Both the position numbers and the translations under genes were made by a program. The notes beneath the pieces are model-generated. The model saw nothing but the letters and a program-made list of their open reading frames with translations, did no database searches and was not told where the DNA came from. Positions 29,426 to 39,016 of a DNA stretch of 64,000 nucleotides are shown here, one piece after another. Source of the stretch: a virus (taxonomy: Duplodnaviria; Caudoviricetes); IMG/VR virus record IMGVR_UViG_3300028048_000040, positions 278,329-342,328 of that record; one strand, given 5' to 3'. Position 1 is the first letter of the stretch. Every line of letters begins with the position of its first letter.

Positions 29426-30178
29426 ATGGGATTATTTGAACAGATGATCTTAGGTGAAGCAGCTCCTAAACAGAAACCTTCTCCTATGGTTCAACCACAA
29501 GAAAAAGAAGAAGAACCTCCTGATTTTACACAGAGGGAACCTGATCCAGAACCAGATCAAGCTCTTGTTCCTCCAGGTCAAGAACCAGAACAACCAATGC
29601 CTCCACAAGAGGGTGGTGAAGAAGCACCATCTGAAGAAGGAGAAGAAGTTCCTCCAGAAGAACAAGGAATGGAAGAACAGCCTCCTATGGAAGGAGATCC
29701 TAATGCAATGATGGGTGGAGAACCATCAGATGCAGAAGAATTGGATCAGGCTGAAGGTGAGATATTTAAAGATATCAAACCTGAACAGATGAATATTAAG
29801 ATAGAGGAGCTAAAGCAACAGTTTAAGAAGTTTAATTCTGTTGTAGTTGCTGCTATGGAGAAATTAGATGATGTATCTCATACTACATATGATGATGCAC
29901 TTCTAGAGTTCATTGCTAGAAAATTATTAGAGCTTAAAGAACTCTCTAGAGATTATCTACTCAAGACTTTCAATACTAGAACCTATATACAGAATCAGAT
30001 AGAGTTACAAAGAATGATAGTAGCATTTAATTTAGTAACTAATCTGATCTCTGAAATAAGACAATCTAGAATTAAGAGAAAGACTGCTATAGAAGAAAGA
30101 AATGATAAGCTCTTTAAGATAAAAGATAAGACTGAAAAGTTCCCAAATCAGTACCCTAGAGGGTTCGAAGAAGCCTAA
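29426..30178 (+). CDS. Putative scaffold/head assembly protein
   Basis: Pro/Glu-rich disordered N-terminus, ILGE/AAP putative cleavage site, directly upstream of the capsid gene. Confidence 0.55.
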   Translation: MGLFEQMILGEAAPKQKPSPMVQPQEKEEEPPDFTQREPDPEPDQALVPPGQEPEQPMPPQEGGEEAPSEEGEEVPPEEQGMEEQPPMEGDPNAMMGGEPSDAEELDQAEGEIFKDIKPEQMNIKIEELKQQFKKFNSVVVAAMEKLDDVSHTTYDDALLEFIARKLLELKELSRDYLLKTFNTRTYIQNQIELQRMIVAFNLVTNLISEIRQSRIKRKTAIEERNDKLFKIKDKTEKFPNQYPRGFEEA

Positions 30179-30208
30179 ATCTGTAGTCCCTAGAATATTA
30201 ATATATTC

Positions 30209-30221
30209 AACATATTGATAA
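30209..30221 (+). promoter_or_regulatory. Late-type phage promoter HACA-N6-TAR (representative of 21 copies)
   Basis: Copies at 1587, 2664, 7205, 10034, 10797, 22244, 26063, 27857, 30209, 35117, 35876, 40997, 45630, 45737, 47888, 48324, 48925, 50593, 53726, 57164, 59083. Confidence 0.8.
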
Positions 30222-30326
30222 TCAGAGAGGTTTCTTATAACCTTCATATTATATTAATGAAAACTAACTCAACGTTTGATAAAAATTCCTTTAAGTTGAG
30301 ATAGATCCAAAAAGGAGGAAAACTAA

Positions 30327-32306
30327 ATGGCAGTTGTTGGAACTTCTTCCGCCCAAGAACTAGATACAGTTCTTCGTGGCTATGAAAAAAATCCAATGCA
30401 TAAACTTGCTGAGCAGTTCTCCGATATTGCTCAGGCTGGTTTAAGTGAACAGGTTGATATTTTTAGCGAGCCAGGTAAGTTCTTTATGTCTAACCTGCTT
30501 TCTAATAAAATGAAAAACTTCTTCATGCAGGAAACTTATGATGTTAATGATCCTGACATGACTGCAGATGTTGTAAATGAACACAACGCTATGCTTTCTG
30601 CTCTTTATGATAATGACGTAAAGGGTCTTTGCGAAGCTGCTCCTCTGGGTGCCTATAACCCAGTAGTAGGTATCACCTTCCCAATGCATAAGAATCTTCT
30701 TATGACAACAGTATTTGATAAAGGTGCTATTCCTAAAGATGTAGCAGCTGGTCCTCAGTTCACACTGACCATGGAGACTCGTACTCTCTATGCTCCAGAT
30801 GGTACTGAGATCGATATGTTCCTGGAACAGAATAAGATTAAAGACATCGTTGAGTCTGCAATTCCTCGTAAGGATATTATTATGGAACTTCCAGAAGATC
30901 AGCAGACTAATGTTCTTAAACTTCTTGGTGCTGTTAATCAAACTATTGCCAATATCTCTCGTTCTACCAAAGTTACTAAACTAGTTTGCCCAGGTGTTTA
31001 CTGCGTTGCAGGTGACGAATATTTTGATCCTATTGATAATACTATTAAAGTAGTAGCAGCTGGTGCTGATGGCGTTAAGGCCAAAGTTGTTCCTATTGAA
31101 CCAATTCGTTTCGTATCCAGCTATGGTCAGTATGATAGAACTTTCCAGAAGAGAATTGACCTAGTTCTTCCAAAGAATGCAGCAGGTGACACTAAACAGC
31201 TTATCTTCCAGATTGCTGGTTCTATGCATAAGAATAGATTCACCTTCCTCTGCAGTCTTCCACAAACTGAGGTATCTCACCTGATTCTTTCTGCAGCTCT
31301 TGATGTATCTAGCGCAGCATATGAAACTCCAAAAGTAAAATGGTCTGCACGTACAGACTTCTTCGAGATTCCAGAGGCTCCGCACATTACTGTGACCATC
31401 AGCCCTGAAGAAACTCGTGATATCCAGGCTATGTATAACATTAATCAGCTTACAAAGATCATGTCCATGATCAAGCTGACTCTTGTTAATTATAAAGATG
31501 ACAAGATTCTCGAAAATCTTGATGAATCCTTCCTGAACCTCCCAGTTCAGAATAAGATTTCCAGTGCTTTCAACTTCGTACCTCCTGATGGGTTCCTTGG
31601 TTCCCACATCACTTGGAGATACGAAACCTTCATGGATCACCTTGATACTCAGGTTACTAACCTGCTTCAGATTCTTAATGATGAGAATATGACTGTTACT
31701 ATCTTTGGTCGTCCTGAACTGATTCGTAAGATTACTCCAAAACAGTATACTTACAGCACTCCTGCAAGCATTGGTCCTGTTATGCTCGACTACAAGAAGA
31801 CTATTGTAAATACTTCTGATAATCGTGTATATCAGTTCATTAGCTCTAATAAACTCCGTAATGATAACAACCTGATTGTTATTCTTTGCCCACGCAACAG
31901 CAATCGTGTTATCTATAAGATTTTCGATTATCAGCTCTATGTTGGTAACGAAATCCGCGACACTGTAAACTATCAGCTCCCAGCTGTAACTGCATTCGAA
32001 CGTTTCCTGTTCGTTCAGTATCAGCCTGTACAGGGTCGTATCAGAATCGTTAATCCTTCTGGTCTTAAAGAAGACATTGAAAACAACGAGCCAATTGGTG
32101 ATCGTGCTCTCAATGACTACACTGCTAATAAGCATGAATATGATTTCGGTGGCAATTGGGCTCCTAAAGAAGATCTGCCTGGCACTTCCAGAAGCGCTAT
32201 TCTTCCTGCATCCAACGCAGCTAACGAATTCAAGGATGTTGCTCCACGTAACAACCAGTACGTTTATGCTCCGAACTATGCAGTTGATCAGCCTGACAAC
32301 TTCTAA
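30327..32306 (+). CDS. Major capsid protein precursor
   Basis: 659 aa, strong codon bias, late promoter, perfect SD, own terminator; GLCE/AAP propeptide site; HK97-like pattern (PEETRDIQAMYNIN..DDKILE.L). Confidence 0.8.
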   Translation: MAVVGTSSAQELDTVLRGYEKNPMHKLAEQFSDIAQAGLSEQVDIFSEPGKFFMSNLLSNKMKNFFMQETYDVNDPDMTADVVNEHNAMLSALYDNDVKGLCEAAPLGAYNPVVGITFPMHKNLLMTTVFDKGAIPKDVAAGPQFTLTMETRTLYAPDGTEIDMFLEQNKIKDIVESAIPRKDIIMELPEDQQTNVLKLLGAVNQTIANISRSTKVTKLVCPGVYCVAGDEYFDPIDNTIKVVAAGADGVKAKVVPIEPIRFVSSYGQYDRTFQKRIDLVLPKNAAGDTKQLIFQIAGSMHKNRFTFLCSLPQTEVSHLILSAALDVSSAAYETPKVKWSARTDFFEIPEAPHITVTISPEETRDIQAMYNINQLTKIMSMIKLTLVNYKDDKILENLDESFLNLPVQNKISSAFNFVPPDGFLGSHITWRYETFMDHLDTQVTNLLQILNDENMTVTIFGRPELIRKITPKQYTYSTPASIGPVMLDYKKTIVNTSDNRVYQFISSNKLRNDNNLIVILCPRNSNRVIYKIFDYQLYVGNEIRDTVNYQLPAVTAFERFLFVQYQPVQGRIRIVNPSGLKEDIENNEPIGDRALNDYTANKHEYDFGGNWAPKEDLPGTSRSAILPASNAANEFKDVAPRNNQYVYAPNYAVDQPDNF

Positions 32307-32333
32307 TTTGGATTTTAAAATAAATAAAAACTT

Positions 32334-32361
32334 TCCAGTAGAGCAGAAATGCTCTACTGGA
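32334..32361 (+). terminator. Terminator of the major capsid gene
   Basis: TCCAGTAGAGCA-GAAA-TGCTCTACTGGA. Confidence 0.8.
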
Positions 32362-32438
32362 TCTTATTCGAAATTTCAATTATATACTATATATGTGGAG
32401 AGGAGTAATAAACAAAAAAAAAGAAAGGAGAGAATCAT

Positions 32439-34082
32439 ATGGGAATGACACGGTGTAATAATCCTTACGTTGATGAATTCTTCTCAATGATGGAGAAAGC
32501 TGATAGACCTGATGGAGGTTTTACATATGTAGAGTTGCATTCTATGTATGTAGAATTCATGTCATTCTTCTATCCAGATGAAAAACCTTTGGGTAAAGAG
32601 TCAATTAGAAGAAAATTGATATTCGGTGGATTACCGTATATTGAGTCTAATGATGGAAAGGGAAAGAAACCATATTTGGTAAAACCATCTCCAGTTTTAC
32701 TGGAGATAGAGGGTATCAGAAAGATAGTATTTGAGGCCAAAGGAGTGAATTTAGAGACTATCAAACAAGTAAAGAAGGAGGTAAAAGATATGGAACATAG
32801 TTACAACACAATTTACAAAAATTCGGACAGAAAGTTCGAATCAAAACATTATAAAGCTGATACAGGATCCATAGAAAAGTTTATGTATGACAAAGGCTAT
32901 TCTTTAGTCTTCGATAAGAAAGATTGGATTAAATTTTCCGATTTTTATCGGGACTATTTGAAGTATTGCGCCGATTCTATATACGTTCCTCTTAACCAGT
33001 TAACGGTTAAGAAGTTTTTACAGGATTCGACATATAGGGTCATAAAATTAGTTGAATCAAGGCACGATTCAAAAAATTTATATGTAAACGTCAATAAAAA
33101 GACCTCTCCAAAACCAAAAGTGGTTCCTATTCAACCTGTACAGCAGCCAGTCCAATCTATCATGACCAAGCCTATTCCTATTACAGCAGAATTGTCTGGT
33201 TCTGTTAAGGTGAAACCTATGTTCAAATTGGAACCGTTTACTACATTAAGCGGTGACTTTGGGCAAAAAGTGAACGATAGTGTTCGTGAGTTTATTCACC
33301 GTCGTACGTCTTATGATGAAGACGGTATTCCGTATGATACCAAAATGCTGTATGCAGCATATCGGTATTATATGAGAGACAAGGATATTTATTCCTTCAA
33401 TCAATTTAGATATGTTATCAGCTGTATTCCAGCTGCAAGATTGGAATCAGATTATGATAACAATACCGAAGTATCTCGAATCATTCCAGAATTTGAATAT
33501 CTTTCACGTATGGAAGAGAAAAATAAAGCTGGATTGATTCAAATGAATATTAATAACTATTATAAACGAGTCACCAAAGCATCAGAAGAGACCAAGAAGA
33601 TCTACAACCAGCTTGAGTCTGAAAATGCATGGTATCCTGCTGTAGTTGAAGAAGAAAAGGAGGACAAAGTTGAAGAAGTAAATAAAAACTTTGCTGAAAT
33701 TCAGCATAATATTAAGTCAGCATTCGGAGGTGAACAGAAAGCAGTTAAGGAAATCGTCTCTACTCCTATCGAAATGAAAATGATAGAGACAAAAGAAGAT
33801 TTCGATTCTAAAGCGATGAAATCAGTTGATTCTGCTATGCAGAATATCGAGGAGCAATATGCTCCAATACTGATGAAGTATAAAGCTTTAGAAGAGATTA
33901 AACAAACCATCAAAGAAGAGAGAGCAAAAGTTCATGAAGAACTTAAGCCAATCTTCGATATGATGGTATCAACTTCGTTGAGTAAGTTGGAAAGCTTAGA
34001 TCCGACAACGGCAGGCTTCCATACTGAAGTAGATTCAATTAAAGATTCTCTTAAGAATCTTACTCAATTCACGAAGAAGTAA
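32439..34082 (+). CDS. Early protein with three D5-C-terminal-like winged-helix repeats
   Basis: Repeats like WIKFSDFYRDYLKYC..PLNQ; early-type promoter at 32382. Confidence 0.55.
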   Translation: MGMTRCNNPYVDEFFSMMEKADRPDGGFTYVELHSMYVEFMSFFYPDEKPLGKESIRRKLIFGGLPYIESNDGKGKKPYLVKPSPVLLEIEGIRKIVFEAKGVNLETIKQVKKEVKDMEHSYNTIYKNSDRKFESKHYKADTGSIEKFMYDKGYSLVFDKKDWIKFSDFYRDYLKYCADSIYVPLNQLTVKKFLQDSTYRVIKLVESRHDSKNLYVNVNKKTSPKPKVVPIQPVQQPVQSIMTKPIPITAELSGSVKVKPMFKLEPFTTLSGDFGQKVNDSVREFIHRRTSYDEDGIPYDTKMLYAAYRYYMRDKDIYSFNQFRYVISCIPAARLESDYDNNTEVSRIIPEFEYLSRMEEKNKAGLIQMNINNYYKRVTKASEETKKIYNQLESENAWYPAVVEEEKEDKVEEVNKNFAEIQHNIKSAFGGEQKAVKEIVSTPIEMKMIETKEDFDSKAMKSVDSAMQNIEEQYAPILMKYKALEEIKQTIKEERAKVHEELKPIFDMMVSTSLSKLESLDPTTAGFHTEVDSIKDSLKNLTQFTKK

Positions 34083-34140
34083 AACTTTAAGAACTGGTGT
34101 TGTTTCCACCAGTTCTTTTTTACTATTAGGGGGTAAAATA

Positions 34141-34839
34141 ATGGAAAATCCAGAAAAGATGGCAGGATTGCAAGATTTTATTACTAATGCTTGTAATCAA
34201 GATGCTGGTACGAAAGTGAGGTTAGTCGACCTATACAAGTCTTATAATCTGTTTACTAAGGAGATATCTATGCAACCGTATTCTAGAACTACTTTTAGAG
34301 AACACATTAATCATCTATTTAAGATTAAGAAAGATCCAGAAACTAATACTATGATAGTATCTGGTATTAAGCCTAAAGATGAGCAACAAAAAGAGTTTAA
34401 ACTTGATCCAGATGAAGTTGCTAAAGCTAGTATAGAGGAGGCTAAAGCAGATATGGTTGTAGAACAAGCAGAGACTAAAGTATTTCCAGATGAAGAATGG
34501 GCAGAAAAGATGAAAAACCAAATAGAAGGTATAAAGAAAGAAGATTTGATTGTCACAGTACATCCAGAAACAATATCTGTTGAATACAAACCAAAGCAAC
34601 AAGAAGAAATAAAATCTTCAAATACGAAAGATTATATAAATAGTCTTAAAGAACAAAGAAAGCTTATAGATAAGAAGATATCTGTTATGTATAAGCTTGA
34701 TGCTCTTAAAGAGATTACAGATAAGCTATTCTCTGGTACTATGACTAACATGGCTATGTTGAATGACAGTAAATCTATAGATTCAATATCTGCAAAAATA
34801 TCTGATGCTATTAAAATCATTTCTGATGTAAAAATTTGA
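34141..34839 (+). CDS. Winged-helix (D5/P4-alpha C-terminal-like) DNA-binding protein
   Basis: FITNAC..KVRLVDLYKSYNLF..PYSRTTFREH..VSGIKPK. Confidence 0.6.
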   Translation: MENPEKMAGLQDFITNACNQDAGTKVRLVDLYKSYNLFTKEISMQPYSRTTFREHINHLFKIKKDPETNTMIVSGIKPKDEQQKEFKLDPDEVAKASIEEAKADMVVEQAETKVFPDEEWAEKMKNQIEGIKKEDLIVTVHPETISVEYKPKQQEEIKSSNTKDYINSLKEQRKLIDKKISVMYKLDALKEITDKLFSGTMTNMAMLNDSKSIDSISAKISDAIKIISDVKI

Positions 34840-34904
34840 CAAGGAGATGCTCTAGAGGATTTCTCCTCTAGAGCGTAGCATTTTGGAAACCAGTTAGTTC
34901 TGAA

Positions 34905-35081
34905 CTACTTATCTGTTAGTTTCTTTTTCTTTTTTAATTCTATTGGTTCCATAGGAGAATTACATCCTATACACATTGCTACTTTCTTTGGTTCAACCCA
35001 TTTCTTAGGTTGAGGATTTACTACTCTATTAGCAGTATAATCATTTAAAGCTCTTGGACCAATAAAGTCTTCATCTTTCAT
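34905..35081 (-). CDS. 58-aa protein not in the track, carrying a capsid C-terminal motif
   Basis: MKDEDFIGPRALNDYTANRVVNPQPKKWVEPKKVAMCIGCNSPMEPIELKKKKKLTDK; AAGGAGG SD at 35091-35097. Confidence 0.75.
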   Translation of the reverse strand: MKDEDFIGPRALNDYTANRVVNPQPKKWVEPKKVAMCIGCNSPMEPIELKKKKKLTDK

Positions 35082-35200
35082 TTTATTCTACCTCCTTTAT
35101 ATTTTATTTTGAAGTCAACAATATATTAGTCCCAGAGAATGTTTTCTCTGAGATTCCCCATACTAAAGAACGTCTAAATTTATTAAAGGAGGCATTTATT

Positions 35201-35770
35201 ATGTCACTAGGTGGTTGGGAAGTAAAAGTATCTACAAACTTTCCTCAGAAAGTAGCAACTGGTATTGCTCAGTTTGAAGAGCAGATTATCGGTGCTGAGT
35301 ATGAAGCTATTGCTTATCTTGGTAGCCAGGTTGTTAATGGTACAAACCATGCAGTCCTTGCTGAACAGACTATTCTGTCTGGTCGTGATACTAAGAATGC
35401 AGTAGTTATGGTGTTCAATGAGAAACTGAAATCCATGGATGTTTCTCTCGTATCTATCAATAGTGTTGTTATTGGTGGCCATGGCCCTGGTTCTATTGAA
35501 GTAGATATGAGCACTGAAATTCCAGTTGAAGCTAAAGCAGCTTTTTCTAAAGCTATGGAAGGTTTCGTTGGTTCTAAGGTTGAACCATTTGCTTACATTG
35601 GTAAGCAGGTAACAAAGGGTATTGACTATATTCTGGCTTGTGAAGTTACTCCAGTAACTCAGAATCCAACTAAGGCTATCTCCATTGTTACTGTTCATTC
35701 CTTTGATAATACTCTGAGCTTTAAGGCTCTTATGAGTGCTATCCAGGAAAATAAAGTTACTGAAGAGTAA
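35201..35770 (+). CDS. Tandem cystatin-like repeat protein
   Basis: LGGW ... YLGSQVVNGTNH and second repeat YIGKQVTKGIDY; late-type promoter at 35117. Confidence 0.6.
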   Translation: MSLGGWEVKVSTNFPQKVATGIAQFEEQIIGAEYEAIAYLGSQVVNGTNHAVLAEQTILSGRDTKNAVVMVFNEKLKSMDVSLVSINSVVIGGHGPGSIEVDMSTEIPVEAKAAFSKAMEGFVGSKVEPFAYIGKQVTKGIDYILACEVTPVTQNPTKAISIVTVHSFDNTLSFKALMSAIQENKVTEE

Positions 35771-35918
35771 TATTTAACCAGGTATTCTGCACCTATTTTT
35801 CTTACACACACATTAATTTAAAACTTATACAATTTAGTCTACAACTCACCTAGGGATTCATTTCCCTAGGTGTTTTACATTTCAATAATGAGATATTATC
35901 TAGTAAGGAGGATATATA

Positions 35919-37091
35919 ATGAACGATAATTCTAGACTCAATAGATTAGAAGACTTATTTGATGAAGTAAGCGAATCTATTGGTATTGTTAAAATAGACC
36001 ATTGCTTAAAAAATTTAGATAGTCTAGCACAATCTTTAAACAAGTTCTTTGCAGGTACTAACTGCAATAGGGTTATTTATACTTATAATCCAGACAAGAT
36101 TCCATTTGGTGTAAGTGTAATGCCAATATTAGATGCTGATGATGTAATCAGAACTATTCAATCTGATTATAAACTTATTGTAAAAGAATATAATGTAGAA
36201 TTAGATTCTAGACTATTTGAAGAAGATGTAAAACTAACCGATGATGAAATTACTGCATTACTGATTCATGATATTGCTGCTATGACATCTGATTCTTCTC
36301 CAGCAGAAGAAGTAAAAAGAGCTCTTGATAAATATTTGCAAGATAATCATGAAGTATTAAAACTCTCTGATTCTATTCATTATAAAGAAATGCTTTCTTA
36401 TGGATTTAGAGATGCTATGAGAAAGGTTACTACTGCATTTGAGAAAGCAGAGACTACAGATACTGATATTACTTTATTTGAATTACTCCCACCAACTTAT
36501 GCAGGATATTATAAGTCTGGTTTTGAGAAGGTAGAAAAACAGTTATTAGTATATAATGCTGTAGCAAATACTAAGTTCTTAGTACTCTCTTGGGTAATGA
36601 GATTATATAATGATGTTCTTCACAATAGAATTGCAGCATTGCATACTATTGCTAAATGTATGGAAATGACTCCATCTCAATTGGAAAAGAAAGAACTGTC
36701 TAATCTTGCTAGAAGATTAAATAGAATTGATGATGATTCTCTATTAGAATCTTCTTCTTTACTCACTGAAGCAAGAAATAGTTTGTATGATAAACTTACT
36801 ATGCCATTAGAGAAGAGTGAAGATACTTGTAATAAGCTCAAACTAATGGTAGATGGTTGTAATGATGATGAAGAAGCAGCAGATATTACCCACTCTATCA
36901 ATAATCAACTTACTCTAATAGATGATTATGTGAAGAATGATCCTACAATGGGTAAAGATGAATATAACCAATGGAATGGTATGTTTAAAGATATGGTTAG
37001 AGCTAGACATCAGCTTACTGGTTCTAGAGCTACATTCTTTGCTAAACAACAAAAAATGTTGAATACTTGGAAAGGCCAAGATGCCCAATAA
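35919..37091 (+). CDS. Putative virion structural protein
   Basis: 390 aa; late-type promoter at 35876; own terminator. Confidence 0.55.
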   Translation: MNDNSRLNRLEDLFDEVSESIGIVKIDHCLKNLDSLAQSLNKFFAGTNCNRVIYTYNPDKIPFGVSVMPILDADDVIRTIQSDYKLIVKEYNVELDSRLFEEDVKLTDDEITALLIHDIAAMTSDSSPAEEVKRALDKYLQDNHEVLKLSDSIHYKEMLSYGFRDAMRKVTTAFEKAETTDTDITLFELLPPTYAGYYKSGFEKVEKQLLVYNAVANTKFLVLSWVMRLYNDVLHNRIAALHTIAKCMEMTPSQLEKKELSNLARRLNRIDDDSLLESSSLLTEARNSLYDKLTMPLEKSEDTCNKLKLMVDGCNDDEEAADITHSINNQLTLIDDYVKNDPTMGKDEYNQWNGMFKDMVRARHQLTGSRATFFAKQQKMLNTWKGQDAQ

Positions 37092-37157
37092 TTAAATTCA
37101 CCAAGGCTATTAGCCTTGGTGAAATTCTATTTATTTTTAACCATATATTATATAAAT

Positions 37158-37295
37158 GAAGTAGTGTGAAATTTAGAACTACTTCCATACTCCTTTCAAC
37201 GTCCTTAGTATTTTATCCTATGTGTACTAAGGAAATAAGCATCATCCCTTTTGGGAGACTGATAACAAGCCAATCTTCATCAGTCTCTATTTTTT
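37158..37295 (+). ncRNA. Candidate small RNA (about 138 nt) with single-stranded ACUCCUUUC
   Basis: Early-type promoter at 37143; hairpin begins at predicted +1; three stems; terminal T-run; no ORF. Confidence 0.6.
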
Positions 37296-37481
37296 ATAGT
37301 AAACCAAAAAATAGAGATATACTATATAAGTGAATCAGTAAAGCTTAGGCTTTACTGATATTCTATTCTCTTTATGAGATTAGATATTTTTTCTTTGAAG
37401 ATAAGTATGTTTAGGATTCTACTATTCCTAAAACATCTTATTGATACAATCATCTATATTATTTAAGGAGGTCATATTATT

Positions 37482-38243
37482 ATGGCAGCATTTGAAGGTT
37501 TCCAAGGTTCTAACGAGTCCAGATTTTCTCCGACAGTTTATGGTTACTCTTTCAGTAACTCAGAGTCAGTTGTAGACAAATCCAACATTCAGTTTTCTAT
37601 GTGGAAGACTACTATCAAGATTTCTATTTCTCCGTTGATTGATACCGGCACGAATGAATGGAGAGTAGATCGTAAGAATGCTATTTCTGCATATCTTATT
37701 CCTGCTAAAGCAATGATGTTTGCTAATATCCTCAAGAGATATAAAGAAGATCCTGAGAAGTATAATAACTGGGGTGTTGCATCTGGTTCTGCATATATCT
37801 CTGTTATTAATCCTAAATCTATCAAACCTGATGCTGAAGGATTTGCGATTATTAATATTCGTCGTATTTCTACTGAAGGTGTAGTAGAAGCCTCTTATTC
37901 CTATGAAGTCAAAGCTGGTGGTACATATAATGCTGTTATTGGCTTTGATGAAAAGAAAGGCACTTTCTCTCAGGACTTCGATACTTATGCAGCTACTGAA
38001 CTTGATTTGATCGCTATTCAGCTTATGCAGTATGCTAAGGCTATGAGCAATGCTGTAGCATTTACAGTAACTCATAATCAGTATGATTATCTCGATAAGA
38101 TTGCTCAGAAAGTTGGTGCAGACTTCTCTGGCGGTTATGCTAAGACTTATACTAACCAGTCTTATTTCAGCCAAGCTGGAGCACAGCAACAGCCAACTCA
38201 GCCTCCTATGAGTGCAGGACTTGAATCTCTGATTGGTCAGTAA
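37482..38243 (+). CDS. Hypothetical protein, probably abundant (possible ssDNA-binding protein)
   Basis: Biased codon usage, beta-rich core, long structured leader from promoter 37317. Confidence 0.6.
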   Translation: MAAFEGFQGSNESRFSPTVYGYSFSNSESVVDKSNIQFSMWKTTIKISISPLIDTGTNEWRVDRKNAISAYLIPAKAMMFANILKRYKEDPEKYNNWGVASGSAYISVINPKSIKPDAEGFAIINIRRISTEGVVEASYSYEVKAGGTYNAVIGFDEKKGTFSQDFDTYAATELDLIAIQLMQYAKAMSNAVAFTVTHNQYDYLDKIAQKVGADFSGGYAKTYTNQSYFSQAGAQQQPTQPPMSAGLESLIGQ

Positions 38244-38311
38244 ACCAAATAAAGAAATTTGTAAGTAGAGTACTTTCGAGTACTCTACTTATTTTTTCGT
38301 GAGGAAACATT

Positions 38312-39016
38312 ATGCTTTCAGATTTAATACATGAAGCATCTATACAAGTAGATCCTACTAGAAAAGGAAGAGAATTTAAAAATATTCTTTGTTCTTTTGA
38401 GAGTCTATTTGATATAGACATTGGTTGCATTGCTTATATCTTGATTTCTTTAAAAGATAGTAAGTATATAAAACCAGAAGCATACAACTATACTCCTTTA
38501 TTCGTTCAATACAAATTAGTACATAGAGATACTCTTAACCCATTATCTATCATCTTCAAAGATGAATATAAGGACCAAATAGATAATCTGTATATTGAAC
38601 TATTAGAAAAGAAGAGAGAAGATATAATAAAACTATCATATCAAACTTATCTAGCAGTTCTAGTAGATCAATTAAGGATTATGGGTGGTTATACTATTGA
38701 AGTAGAATGTGATTCAGAACTTGAAAAAGAAAAAGTATCTGAATTAGGTTTATCTCCAGTAGACTACCAAGAAAATTTAGATGAGTATTTTACTCTAATC
38801 TTAAGATCTCCAAAGGATTTAAAAGATAGATTACAGTTTACCGGCAAGACTGTATATTTATGGAATACCTCTATCAATTATTTTGATATGAAGAAAGGTG
38901 TAGAGAATGAAATACTCACAGATGAAATTATAGCTCTTATGGGACAAAAGAATGTGATAAAGATGATAGATCCTTATCAGTATACAGAAGAGCTTGATGA
39001 TAATAAGGAGGATTAA
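38312..39016 (+). CDS. Hypothetical protein, possibly HAD-fold-like
   Basis: NILCSFESLFDIDIG resembles a degenerate HAD motif I. Confidence 0.4.
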   Translation: MLSDLIHEASIQVDPTRKGREFKNILCSFESLFDIDIGCIAYILISLKDSKYIKPEAYNYTPLFVQYKLVHRDTLNPLSIIFKDEYKDQIDNLYIELLEKKREDIIKLSYQTYLAVLVDQLRIMGGYTIEVECDSELEKEKVSELGLSPVDYQENLDEYFTLILRSPKDLKDRLQFTGKTVYLWNTSINYFDMKKGVENEILTDEIIALMGQKNVIKMIDPYQYTEELDDNKED

